The notes beneath the pieces were generated by a model. It ran no database searches. It saw nothing but the letters and a program-made list of their open reading frames with translations, and was not told the origin of the DNA. Shown here piece by piece: positions 20,230 through 29,377 of a DNA stretch of 64,000 nt (positions are counted from its first letter, which is position 1; every line of letters starts with the position of its first letter). The translations under genes were made by a program, and so were the position numbers. The stretch is from an uncultured Gammaproteobacteria bacterium (GTDB lineage: Bacteria > Pseudomonadota > Gammaproteobacteria > GCA-001735895), in contig CAMYLU010000013.1 in NCBI GenBank assembly GCA_947259485.1, forward strand, positions 25,065-89,064, read 5' to 3'.

Positions 20230-21438
20230 ATGAAAAGTAAACCATTTAATCCCAGAATAATCGCACTGGCACTACTCGTCGCCACCGCTACCGGCATCGC
20301 ATTGTTCCCGACCCTGCAAAAGGCACAGGCGACACATAACACGCATACTACCCACGTAGTGCCGCAGCAGAGTCATCGCATCGAAGTGGTTTTCGTGCTC
20401 GACACCACCAGCAGCATGAGTGGCCTGATCCAGGCGGCCAAGGAAAAGATCTGGTCGATTGCCACAACCATGGCCTCGGCGCAGGAAAATCCCGACATCA
20501 AGATGGGACTGGTTGCGTTTCGTGACCGTGGAGACGCTTACATAACAAGAGTCTTCGACCTGTCGGAGGACCTCGATTCGATGTACGCAAGCCTGATGGA
20601 CTTCCGCGCCCAGGGGGGCGGTGACGGCCCCGAAAGCGTCAACCAGGCACTTTACGATGCGATCCACAGGATTTCGTGGAGTAACGACAGCAACGTATAC
20701 AAGGTTGCGTTCCTGGTCGGCGATGCACCCCCGCACATGGATTACCATAATGACGTCAAGTACCCGGTCACGCTCGCCGCGGCCGCATCAAAGGGGATCG
20801 TTGTCAACGCAATCCAGAGTGGGCAGCACGAGTACACCCGCCCTGCATGGCAGCAAATTGCAGCGCTGGGTCACGGTGAGTATTTCCAGGTCGAAGACTC
20901 CGGTAACACGGTGGCCGTCTCAACCCCGTTCGACGAAGAGTTGTCCAAACTTGCCGCCGAACTCGAAGACACCCGCCTTTACTATGGAGATGAGGCGACC
21001 AAAAAGGCACAACAGGCAAAGCTCGACGCCAATGCCAGGCTGCGCGAGGAATTATCAAGCGAAGCACTTGCACGACGCGATACCTTCAATGCGACCGCAA
21101 GCGGCAAGGCGAACCTGCTTGGAGAAAGTGAACTGGTTGATGCGATTGCATCAGGCCGGGTTGAACTCGACGAAATCAAGCAGGAAAACCTGCCTGCCAC
21201 AATGCAGGCGATGGCACCGGAAAAGCAGATGGAAGTGATTACTGAACAGGCACAACGCCGTGACCAGCTACAGCAGGAAATTAAAAGGCTGTCCGAATCA
21301 CGCAGCAACTTTATCAAGGAAAAGGTTGCCGCCGAGGGTGGTGCCGAAGATTCACTGGACGAAAAGATATATCGCGCGGTGAAGGACCAGGCCGCTGCCA
21401 TAGGCTTAACCTACGACAGCGATAGCGCGAGTTACTAG
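20230..21438 (+). CDS. Secreted von Willebrand factor type A (vWA) domain protein with a C-terminal coiled-coil region
   Basis: Start chosen at MKSKPFNPRIIALALLVATATGIALF (signal peptide), with a GGAGA Shine-Dalgarno 8 nt upstream. MIDAS motif VVFVLDTTSSMSG (DxSxS) plus downstream T and D residues. The listed ORF 19954..21438 is this frame extended upstream over the membrane-protein gene and was trimmed. Confidence 0.72.
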   Translation: MKSKPFNPRIIALALLVATATGIALFPTLQKAQATHNTHTTHVVPQQSHRIEVVFVLDTTSSMSGLIQAAKEKIWSIATTMASAQENPDIKMGLVAFRDRGDAYITRVFDLSEDLDSMYASLMDFRAQGGGDGPESVNQALYDAIHRISWSNDSNVYKVAFLVGDAPPHMDYHNDVKYPVTLAAAASKGIVVNAIQSGQHEYTRPAWQQIAALGHGEYFQVEDSGNTVAVSTPFDEELSKLAAELEDTRLYYGDEATKKAQQAKLDANARLREELSSEALARRDTFNATASGKANLLGESELVDAIASGRVELDEIKQENLPATMQAMAPEKQMEVITEQAQRRDQLQQEIKRLSESRSNFIKEKVAAEGGAEDSLDEKIYRAVKDQAAAIGLTYDSDSASY

Positions 21439-21480
21439 GCCAGGGGCAATCTCAGGCCGAGAGTTCCCCGACTCTCCTCA

Positions 21481-21864
21481 CTACTTGGCCTGCGCCACCA
21501 GGCGCGGGCCTTTTTTTATGCCGCCACCACGCAACAGCAGGTAAAGTTCATGAACAAGTCGCTCATTGGTCTGAATTTCGAGCCATTTCTCCTTCGACAC
21601 CTTGCGTTTGACCAGTTCCCGTACGACTTTGAGCGTAAAGGAGTCGCTCTCCAGGTTGGGATCTGGATGCCCGACGCTGATGTTCTGTATGGTACGACTC
21701 AGAATTAAAGTGGTCGATTCGTCGGCATCCTGGTAGAGCCTGGTGCGAATGCGGTTATCGGCGAGTAATTCTTCGGTGGCCTTGCGCTGGCTTCGCATCT
21801 GGATGCTCAGCACGATCAACAGGCCCAAAGCTAATAATGAAATCAATGTTGCAACTAGGTTCAT
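21481..21864 (-). CDS. Hypothetical membrane-anchored protein (single N-terminal TM)
   Basis: 127 aa. N-terminal MNLVATLISLLALGLLIVLSI helix then a charged soluble region. Its 3' end overlaps the plus-strand terminator, so the call is tentative. Confidence 0.4.
   Translation of the reverse strand: MNLVATLISLLALGLLIVLSIQMRSQRKATEELLADNRIRTRLYQDADESTTLILSRTIQNISVGHPDPNLESDSFTLKVVRELVKRKVSKEKWLEIQTNERLVHELYLLLRGGGIKKGPRLVAQAK
21487..21517 (+). terminator. Rho-independent terminator after the vWA gene
   Basis: GGCCTGCGCC-acca-GGCGCGGGCC followed by T7. It is embedded in the 3' end of the minus-strand ORF 21481..21864. Confidence 0.5.
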
Positions 21865-22046
21865 GGTCTTCCCGCTATAGTGTTATATGTCGTGAAAAAT
21901 GAGTTTAGCAGCGCGGATTCGAGGCATTAACGATAAGTAAAAAATGTCGCATTTTTGCCGGGGAATCTATTACCAATGGATCAATTTTCAAACCCGGTAA
22001 ATTGATTTATATTCCCTTGATTGTAAACCTGTCGAGGATACAGGGC

Positions 22047-23075
22047 ATGAATAAAGCCGGAAGTCTCCTGAAAATCCCGGTTTTGATGATAGTACTCGCA
22101 TTGTTGCTGCCAGCCGCCAATGCCAGCGAAACCCGTGGCAAGATTACCGGCGGCGTATTGCACGAGCCCCCTGCCTGGTTTAAAAAGAGTTTCCTCGAGA
22201 TCGCAGACGATGTTGACGACGCCAATGAAGCTGGCAAGCACGTGTTGCTTTTTTTCGAGCTCAATGGCTGTCCCTACTGCGACCGCATGCTGGAAGAGTC
22301 CTTCGAAGCCGAGCCCCTGAGCAGTTATATTCAGGCCAATTTCGATACCATCGCGATCAATATCCAGGGCGATCGCGAAATCGCTTTTAACGAAGAAATC
22401 TCGGTTACCGAAAAAGAGCTGGGCGAGATCCTGAAGGTTTACTCGACACCAGCCCTGCTGTTCCTCGACGCTGATAATAAAACCATCGTACGCGTTAACG
22501 GCTACCGTGCACCCGAACGCTTTAAGCTGGTACTCGAATTCGTCGCTACCCGGTCGTACCAGACGACCAACCTGGCGGATTACCTGCAGGCCAAACACGA
22601 CAGGAATGTTTACCAGCTGCGCGCAAATTCACTGTTCAGCGAAGTGACCGATCTTTCAAGCGTCGAGGGTCCGTTAATGGTTATTTTCGAAGATGGAAGT
22701 TGCTACGATTGCAACGAGTTTCATGATGGCATTCTGGCGCACAAGCAGGTGCGCGAAGAAATCGCGCCGTTTACTATCGTGCGCCTCGATGCCGATTCAA
22801 ATGCAGCGATCAAGGATGTCTATGGCAACGCAACAACGCCCGCCGAACTGGCCAGCAAACATGAAATGATATACCGCCCGGGGGTACTGGTTTTCGATGA
22901 TGGAAACCTGGTACGGCGCCACGACAGCCTGACTTTCCCCCATCATTTCAAGGAAAGCATGCGCTTCGTCGCCGGCGGGTTTTACCAGCAAACCGACTAC
23001 CGCAACTATTCCCTGCAACGCACCGAGGAATTGCTCGCCAACGGCGTTGTCATCGACCTCGGTCGCCCTCAGTAA
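22047..23075 (+). CDS. Secreted thioredoxin-fold protein with two CxxC motifs (tandem thioredoxin-like domains)
   Basis: Start at MNKAGSLLKIPVLMIVLALLLPAANA (signal peptide), with GAGGA 7 nt upstream. ..HVLLFFELNGCPYCDRM.. (CPYC) and ..MVIFEDGSCYDCNEF.. (CYDC). The antisense ORF 21981..22598 is rejected. Confidence 0.7.
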   Translation: MNKAGSLLKIPVLMIVLALLLPAANASETRGKITGGVLHEPPAWFKKSFLEIADDVDDANEAGKHVLLFFELNGCPYCDRMLEESFEAEPLSSYIQANFDTIAINIQGDREIAFNEEISVTEKELGEILKVYSTPALLFLDADNKTIVRVNGYRAPERFKLVLEFVATRSYQTTNLADYLQAKHDRNVYQLRANSLFSEVTDLSSVEGPLMVIFEDGSCYDCNEFHDGILAHKQVREEIAPFTIVRLDADSNAAIKDVYGNATTPAELASKHEMIYRPGVLVFDDGNLVRRHDSLTFPHHFKESMRFVAGGFYQQTDYRNYSLQRTEELLANGVVIDLGRPQ

Positions 23076-23178
23076 CAGACTGTGCTGGTTAAAACCTTCC
23101 TCCGCAAGCTTCGTTATTCGAGGAACCCGAACGAAGGCTGAATCTGGAAGAAATCAATCCGCTTACTATACTCGGTGC

Positions 23179-25758
23179 ATGCTTTTAAACGGTATCGTCA
23201 TGGGCCGAAATTTCCCGAGTATCTTTTTGCTATTAACTATCTTTGCGTTGGCTTCGTTAGACAGCCAGGCGGAACTGTTCAAGTGGGTCGATGAAAATGG
23301 CAAAATTCATTACTCGGATAAAAAACCGGATGAGAAAATAGACTCGAAGGTAATCCCCAAAAAAAATAAATCAGCCGGTGATTATCAGCAGGCAACCTCG
23401 GCTGCATTAAAACCCATTATTCGACCCTACGAAAAAACGGCAAGAAAACTTCATCTGCTCGACACTCGTTATTTATGGAAGAAAGAATCCGAGGTTAGCC
23501 AGACCAGTAAAATCGGCGTTTACCACACTGGTAAAGGGTGCACCACGCGTGGCGCAATAAACACACCCGATGTGTTCGTCCACCATCGATCCCTGTTCCC
23601 GGACGAATCGAGGCTAGCTCACCAGATTAACAAGATCATTAACGGGCTGGACTACGAATCCGAAAAAACCGAAAAGTATCGCCTGCTTGGTCGTCTGAAA
23701 AAAACCGGCGGCTTGAGTCTGCACGCCGAAATCATTGCGATGAATTTGAACACCTGTGCGCCTAACATCCGCAAGAGCGAGCGCCTCAAGCCGATCGATA
23801 AAATATCAGCAAGCAGGTTTACCAAGAATCGTGTCAGGCTGCAGGTTAACTGGCAGCTAAAAACAAATCGGGACCAGGATGTTATCTACGAGGCTGTGAC
23901 CCCGGGCAATTACAACGGGTGGAACCAGTCCAGCTCTTCGAGTACCGCGATCAAAAATGCGCTCGAATCCGCCGTACTGACACTTTTTTCGGACAGGGAT
24001 TTCATCGACAAAATCCTGGTGGAAGAGGATGGTAGCAGCATCGGAGAGATTCAAAAAACAGGCTTAAAACCGATTAGTTCAGACGCAAAAACCAGGACCA
24101 GAAAACTGTTTGTTGCGGTCAATAGCAAGGACTGGATTAAGAACAAACTACCCGAAGCAGAAATAGGCAGTATCCTGTTTGGCGAAAAATGTGCAGCGAA
24201 AAAACCGTTACCGCTGAATATCGCTCTCAACAACCAAAAATGGCTGACTTCGAATGCACAGCAAACCAGCAAGGCAATTGTAAAAAAAATCAGGCCGCTC
24301 GGTTACTCGGTTAATCCGGCTTCGGCTGATACGCTTTCAAAACTGGAAAATTCGGGCGGCTACAGCCTCAATGCCAGGCTGGTAAAGGTTACCTACGATG
24401 CCTGCGCGCCTTCGTTATCCTCATCGGCCAAGTACAAGCCAATCGATAAATCCTCATTGCGCAAATTGACTCGCAACAGGCTGCAGGTCTGGATCGAATG
24501 GACCCTGAAAACAGATCGTAATCAAAAACTGCTGTATCACACCAATACCATGGGTTTTGCCGGCAGCTTACTGGCTGATTCGAGGGGTGCTGAAGCCATG
24601 TCAGATGCCATCGGCATGGCCGCAGAACAGCTTTTTGCTGACGGTGATTTTATCGAACTGATAACTTTAAAAGCCAGAAATTTACCTGCTGAAAATGCGT
24701 TTACCGCAAAACAGGATCCATCGCTACGTGGCATAGTCATGTCGGGCGAGGAGGAAGCACAGAATCTCTTCGTTGTTTCGGAGAGTAATCCGTGGGCTCG
24801 TATCCCGGCGAAAAAAATGATCGGGTATTACGCCTACGGTACGGACTGCGCTCCGTTTAAGGAACGCAATTGGCCGCAGGCGCTCAACGATCATCCACGA
24901 AGCTTCCCGGATTCAGGTGAAATAATCGGCACCGAATTGAAAGTGGTAAAAAGCCTGGGATATCCCGCCCAGGTCGCGGACGCGTACAGCGTCGTCAATA
25001 TGAAGCGTAAGCTCGGCGGCTATAGTCTGCATGCGGACATCGTCGATATACGCTTCGATTCCTGCGCCCCGAATTTAGATGAAAACATTATTTTTTCGGA
25101 TCGAAAAATATCTGCCAGTCAGTTCAAACGACATCGAGTGATTATCACCGTTAACTGGAAGCTGGTCGGTGCCACTGACCAGGAAGTTCTATTTCAGCTA
25201 ACCACCGAAGGCGTTGCCGATAGCTGGCTGTTGAACGCCAAGGCCAAAAAGATTCTGACCATGGCAATCAAAAACGCGACCACTCGATTGTTCGCCAACG
25301 GGGAATTTGTCGCCAATCTGATGAACCATAAAGAGCAGGAAAAAGGTTTTTTCAGCAACCTTTTTTCGTTTATGGATGAAGATGGTGAAACCGGTTCCGG
25401 GATGACCCAGAGCCTGGGTAACCCGTATGTCATACAGGCGCATGCGGCCCAGGCACTTTCAGAAATCAATGCGCTTAAGGTAGGCGTCCTCCAGCACTTC
25501 ATGATGGAGGGGGACTGGCCAGATAGTCTTTCTGCAATTGGTTATTCAGAATCGTTGTTTACCAATAGCGACACCATTGCCTACGTGAATTTGCAACCCG
25601 ATGGCAGCATGGTGGTCGAACTCAGGGAGCTGTTTGGTAACGATAAAATAATAACCTTGAGTCCCGACGCAGACGATGGAAATCTGAGCATGAATCGATG
25701 GCAGTGCAGCAGCAACCTGGCTCAGAAATACTTGCCGAAAAACTGTGAAGGTCTGTAA
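23179..25758 (+). CDS. Large secreted multidomain protein: DUF4124-type N-terminus, three ~115-aa internal repeats each with a conserved CAP cysteine, and a C-terminal type IV pilin-like globular domain
   Basis: Signal peptide (M)GRNFPSIFLLLTIFALASLDSQA then ELFKWVDENGKIHYSDKKP (DUF4124 hallmark). Repeats at about nt 23659-24021, 24319-24681 and 24979-25326 share ..GGYSL.A.IV.....CAP....PIDK.S...F.RNR...V.W.LKT.R.Q..L..(25-50 variable aa)..LF.(D/N)G(D/E)F(I/V)... The tail ..YVIQAHAAQALSEINALKVGV...DKIITLSPDADDGNLSMNRWQCSSNLAQKYLPKNCEGL resembles the pilin headgroup (compare PAK PilA ..GKIITLTRTAADGLWKCTSDQDEQFIPKGCSR). The gene is much lower in GC than its neighbours. Start uncertain between 23179 and 23200. 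Confidence 0.7.
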   Translation: MLLNGIVMGRNFPSIFLLLTIFALASLDSQAELFKWVDENGKIHYSDKKPDEKIDSKVIPKKNKSAGDYQQATSAALKPIIRPYEKTARKLHLLDTRYLWKKESEVSQTSKIGVYHTGKGCTTRGAINTPDVFVHHRSLFPDESRLAHQINKIINGLDYESEKTEKYRLLGRLKKTGGLSLHAEIIAMNLNTCAPNIRKSERLKPIDKISASRFTKNRVRLQVNWQLKTNRDQDVIYEAVTPGNYNGWNQSSSSSTAIKNALESAVLTLFSDRDFIDKILVEEDGSSIGEIQKTGLKPISSDAKTRTRKLFVAVNSKDWIKNKLPEAEIGSILFGEKCAAKKPLPLNIALNNQKWLTSNAQQTSKAIVKKIRPLGYSVNPASADTLSKLENSGGYSLNARLVKVTYDACAPSLSSSAKYKPIDKSSLRKLTRNRLQVWIEWTLKTDRNQKLLYHTNTMGFAGSLLADSRGAEAMSDAIGMAAEQLFADGDFIELITLKARNLPAENAFTAKQDPSLRGIVMSGEEEAQNLFVVSESNPWARIPAKKMIGYYAYGTDCAPFKERNWPQALNDHPRSFPDSGEIIGTELKVVKSLGYPAQVADAYSVVNMKRKLGGYSLHADIVDIRFDSCAPNLDENIIFSDRKISASQFKRHRVIITVNWKLVGATDQEVLFQLTTEGVADSWLLNAKAKKILTMAIKNATTRLFANGEFVANLMNHKEQEKGFFSNLFSFMDEDGETGSGMTQSLGNPYVIQAHAAQALSEINALKVGVLQHFMMEGDWPDSLSAIGYSESLFTNSDTIAYVNLQPDGSMVVELRELFGNDKIITLSPDADDGNLSMNRWQCSSNLAQKYLPKNCEGL

Positions 25759-25849
25759 AAACTATCCCTTGGGCTAGTCCGTCGGATAACAGGCTTTGTC
25801 AGTCACTCGAATTAAATCGGCTGCCTAACGTTAGCTGATCTTCAGCCCA

Positions 25850-26845
25850 TCAGGCTGCGGCGTTGCCGCCTGACTCTGTCTGCTGCTCGCCGTTGGCGAC
25901 AATACCGAGCTTGTGGAATAAATCCTGGTCCAGATTTTCATCCGGATTCGGCGTGGTCAGCAGCGTATCGCCATAAAAAATCGAATTGGCGCCAGCGAGA
26001 AAACACAGCGCCTGCAATTCTTCGCTCATCGCGGTGCGACCCGCTGAAAGACGGACCACGGATGCCGGCATCATGATGCGCGCGACCGCGATAGTGCGCA
26101 CAAAGTCGATCGGATCGAGTTCGTCGGTTCCATATAGCGGCGTATTCTCAACCTGCACCAGCAGGTTGATCGGTACGCTTTGCGGATGTTCCGGCAGGTT
26201 GGCAAGCTGCTGCAGAAGCGCGGCGCGATCCTTATCGGTTTCACCCATACCGATAATGCCGCCACAGCAAACGTTGATGTCTTCGGCGCGCAGGTTCTCG
26301 AGAGTATCGAGACGATCCTGGTAGGTCCTCGTGGTAATGATTTCCTGGTAATACTCGGGCGAGGTATCGAGGTTGTGATTATAGTAATCGAGCCCGGCCA
26401 GTTTCAGTTTGCGCGTCTGTTCACGGGTCAGCATGCCAAGGGTCACACAGGTTTCCATACCGAGATCCTTGACCAGGCTGATCATTTCGATCACCTTTTC
26501 GAGATTCTTGTCGGTGGGATTGCGCCACGCTGCGCCCATGCAGAAGCGTGTTGCACCGTTTTGTTTGGCATTCATCGCGGCGCTGCGCACATCATCGAGC
26601 GGCAACAGGCGTTCGCGTTCGAGCCCTGTGTCGTACTTTGCGCTTTGCGGACAATAGGCACAGTCCTCCGGGCAGGCACCGGTTTTAATGCTCAGCAAGG
26701 TGCTGATTTGCACCGCGTTGGGATCGAAATTAGCGCGGTGCATGGTTTGCGCCCGGAACAACAAATCATTGAAAGGCTGTTCGAAAAGGGTTTTAATTTG
26801 ATCGAGCGTCCAGTCGTGGCGGATGGATTGCACTGCATCGGTCAT
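25850..26845 (-). CDS. bioB: Biotin synthase
   Basis: 331 aa radical-SAM protein with ..[11 protein letters not shown].. Cys triad and conserved BioB C-terminal half. Confidence 0.93.
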   Translation of the reverse strand: MTDAVQSIRHDWTLDQIKTLFEQPFNDLLFRAQTMHRANFDPNAVQISTLLSIKTGACPEDCAYCPQSAKYDTGLERERLLPLDDVRSAAMNAKQNGATRFCMGAAWRNPTDKNLEKVIEMISLVKDLGMETCVTLGMLTREQTRKLKLAGLDYYNHNLDTSPEYYQEIITTRTYQDRLDTLENLRAEDINVCCGGIIGMGETDKDRAALLQQLANLPEHPQSVPINLLVQVENTPLYGTDELDPIDFVRTIAVARIMMPASVVRLSAGRTAMSEELQALCFLAGANSIFYGDTLLTTPNPDENLDQDLFHKLGIVANGEQQTESGGNAAA

Positions 26846-26906
26846 CGAGGGTCAGGCCGTAGTCATAAGGAGAACGCCAAGTCTATTGCAAGACAGGGAA
26901 TAGTCA

Positions 26907-27623
26907 ATGTCAGCAAGAAATCTCCAGCGCGGAATCATGCGCTTAATCAACCACCTGTTTGCGCCCGGTATTTGTCTCGCTTGCGGCAGCGAGCTTCTCG
27001 ACGCAAACCCCTTGTGCCCGGACTGCAGTGCGCAGCTGAAACGGGTGCCGAATCCATGCCAGTCCTGTGGACAACCGAATCCTGTTAGCGGCCGGGTATG
27101 CCCGGCCTGCATGCTTAACCCACCGCGCTGGCAGAAAATGATCGCGCCGTTGCAATACCGGGGATTGGGGCGAGATTACCTGCTTCAACTCAAGTTTTCC
27201 GAAGCGCTTTACCTGTCGAAAACACTGTGCCTGCAGTGCCTCGATTCGTTTCGCGAAAGCTCGCCACGACCGGAAATCCTGATACCGGTGCCGTTACATC
27301 ACGAACGCCTGTTCGAACGTGGTTACAACCAGGCCTATGAAATTGCCGCGGTCTGGTCGAAAGCATTCGGGATACCAATCGATCGGCATGCCCTGACCCG
27401 GTTACGGTCCACCCCGAGTCAATCAGGGCTTAGCGCCACCCAGCGAGCCAATAATGTCCGCCAGGCGTTTACCTTTAGGCCGAAGCGGGAGTATCGACAC
27501 GTCGCGCTCGTCGACGACATCGTGACCACGGGTTCGACAGTTACCGAGATCACCAGAACGCTGCATCGGGCCGGCGTGGAATACGTCGAGGTCTGGGCGC
27601 TGGCCCGGGTTTACCGACGCTAG
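26907..27623 (+). CDS. comF: ComF family protein (phosphoribosyltransferase-domain, competence-related)
   Basis: 238 aa. N-terminal four-Cys zinc ribbon (CLACG..CPDC..CQSCG..CPAC) and C-terminal PRTase motif ..ALVDDIVTTGSTV... Divergent from bioB, as in many gammaproteobacteria. Confidence 0.8.
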   Translation: MSARNLQRGIMRLINHLFAPGICLACGSELLDANPLCPDCSAQLKRVPNPCQSCGQPNPVSGRVCPACMLNPPRWQKMIAPLQYRGLGRDYLLQLKFSEALYLSKTLCLQCLDSFRESSPRPEILIPVPLHHERLFERGYNQAYEIAAVWSKAFGIPIDRHALTRLRSTPSQSGLSATQRANNVRQAFTFRPKREYRHVALVDDIVTTGSTVTEITRTLHRAGVEYVEVWALARVYRR

Positions 27624-27637
27624 ATCTAGTCGCATGT

Positions 27638-27725
27638 CATCCCGCGGCTTGACCGCGGGACCCAGAATGAGCCGAGTACTTTATGGATCCCGCCGGTCCG
27701 ACGCATCGGGTCAAACCGCGGTATG
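27638..27725. repeat. REP/MITE-like palindromic element, copy A, with terminal inverted repeats GTCATCCCGCGG ... CCGCGGTATGAC
   Basis: TGTCATCCCGCGGCTTGACCGCGGGACCCAG ... CTTTATGGATCCCGCCGGTC ... CCGCGGTATGACAGG. It recurs with about 85% identity at 29378-29478 on the other side of the fumarate hydratase gene. Confidence 0.55.
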
Positions 27726-27773
27726 ACAGGGCCCAGTAGTAGACAACGCGGGAAGACAACAGGAATAGAGGTG

Positions 27774-29294
27774 TCAGGCGTCGAAGTTGACCACGCGCTG
27801 GTTGATCTTTTCGGCCCAGATCCGGGGTCCGGTCTGGTGCACCGACTCACCGGTGTGGTCGACGGCGACGGTAACCGGCATGTCTTCAAGGGTAAATTCG
27901 TAGACCGCCTCCATGCCGAGCTCGGGAAACGCAACCACTTTCGAAGCCTTGATCGCCTGCGCCACGAGGTAAGCCGCACCGCCGACCGCCATCAGGTAAA
28001 CCGATTCATAATCGCGAATCGCTTCGATCGCCGTGGGTCCGCGTTCCGCCTTGCCGATCATGCCGAGCAAACCTGTTTGTTCAAGCATGGTGCGGGTGAA
28101 TTTATCCATGCGCGTCGCAGTGGTCGGGCCTGCCGGACCCACGACTTCTTCACCGATCGGATCTACCGGGCCGACGTAGTAAATAAAGCGACCATTAAGA
28201 TCGACCGGCAATTTCTCGTCATTGGCCAGCATATCGACCATTTTCTTGTGCGCAGCGTCGCGCCCGGTCAGCATCTTGCCGCTTAACAACAGCGTATCGC
28301 CCGGTTTCCAGGTCTTGACCTCTGCCCGGGTAACGGTGTCGAGGTTGACGCGTTTGACGTTGTCGCCAGTTTCGCGCGTGACTTCGGGCCAGTCCTCCAG
28401 TCTGGGCGCCTCCAGCCTGGCTGGGCCGCTGCCATCGAGGGTGAAATGGGTGTGTCGGGTCGCCGCGCAATTAGGAATTATCGCAACGGCCTTGTTGGCT
28501 GCATGCGAAGGGTAGTCCTTGACCTTGACATCCATCACCGTGGTGAGCCCGCCGAGTCCTTGCGCACCGATACCCAGTCGATTGACCTTTTCGTAGAGTT
28601 CAAGGCGCAATTCCTCGGCGCGGTTACCGGCCCCGCGTTGCTGCAGATCATGAATATCGATTGGCTCCAATAACGCCTCCTTGGCCAGGATCATCGCTTT
28701 CTCGGCGGTGCCGCCGATGCCAATACCGAGCATTCCCGGAGGGCACCAGCCGGCACCCATTTGTGGCACCATGTTGAGCACCCAGTCGACCACCGAGTCG
28801 GACGGGTTGAGCATCGCGAACTTGGACTTGGCTTCGCTACCGCCGCCCTTGGCGGCGACATGCACTTCAACCGTATCGCCCGGTACGATCTCGTAATGAA
28901 TCACGCCGGGCGTATTATCGCCGGTGTTGCTGCGGGTACCGTCGGGATCAGCGAGAATCGATGCACGCAGTACATTGTCCGGATTTTGATAAGCACGACG
29001 GATGCCTTCGTTACACATATCGCTGACCGACATGTCGGCGTCCCATTGCACCTGCATACCGACTCGCAGGAAAACAGTGACAATTCCGGTATCCTGGCAG
29101 ATCGGACGATGTCCCATTGCACACATACGCGAATTGATCAGGATTTGTGCGATCGCATCGCGCGCAGCCGGATTCTCTTCGCGCTGGTAGGCTTCGTCCA
29201 TGGCGCGGATAAAATCCAGCGGATGGAAATACGAGATATATTGCAACGCATCGGCGATGCTTTCGATCAGGTCGTTTTGCTTAATAACGGTCAT
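27774..29294 (-). CDS. fumA: Class I (Fe-S dependent) fumarate hydratase
   Basis: 506 aa. N-terminal ..HPLDFIRAM..CQDTGIVTVF.. and a C-terminal beta-subunit-like domain. Full length matches FumA/FumB. Confidence 0.92.
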   Translation of the reverse strand: MTVIKQNDLIESIADALQYISYFHPLDFIRAMDEAYQREENPAARDAIAQILINSRMCAMGHRPICQDTGIVTVFLRVGMQVQWDADMSVSDMCNEGIRRAYQNPDNVLRASILADPDGTRSNTGDNTPGVIHYEIVPGDTVEVHVAAKGGGSEAKSKFAMLNPSDSVVDWVLNMVPQMGAGWCPPGMLGIGIGGTAEKAMILAKEALLEPIDIHDLQQRGAGNRAEELRLELYEKVNRLGIGAQGLGGLTTVMDVKVKDYPSHAANKAVAIIPNCAATRHTHFTLDGSGPARLEAPRLEDWPEVTRETGDNVKRVNLDTVTRAEVKTWKPGDTLLLSGKMLTGRDAAHKKMVDMLANDEKLPVDLNGRFIYYVGPVDPIGEEVVGPAGPTTATRMDKFTRTMLEQTGLLGMIGKAERGPTAIEAIRDYESVYLMAVGGAAYLVAQAIKASKVVAFPELGMEAVYEFTLEDMPVTVAVDHTGESVHQTGPRIWAEKINQRVVNFDA

Positions 29295-29377
29295 GGCTAT
29301 GATGCTATGTCTGGAGATTGCGTTATTTTAACTGCTTCGCGACTAAATCGCATCGCCGGCATATCTATGGGTACTGT

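Noticed and set aside
21981-22598. 205-aa minus-strand ORF overlapping the thioredoxin-like gene
   Set aside because: It is antisense to a gene with clear signal peptide and CxxC motifs, and has no recognisable motifs of its own.
26180-27088. 302-aa plus-strand ORF overlapping bioB and the comF start
   Set aside because: It is antisense to bioB, which has its radical-SAM motif intact, and its translation lacks any motif.
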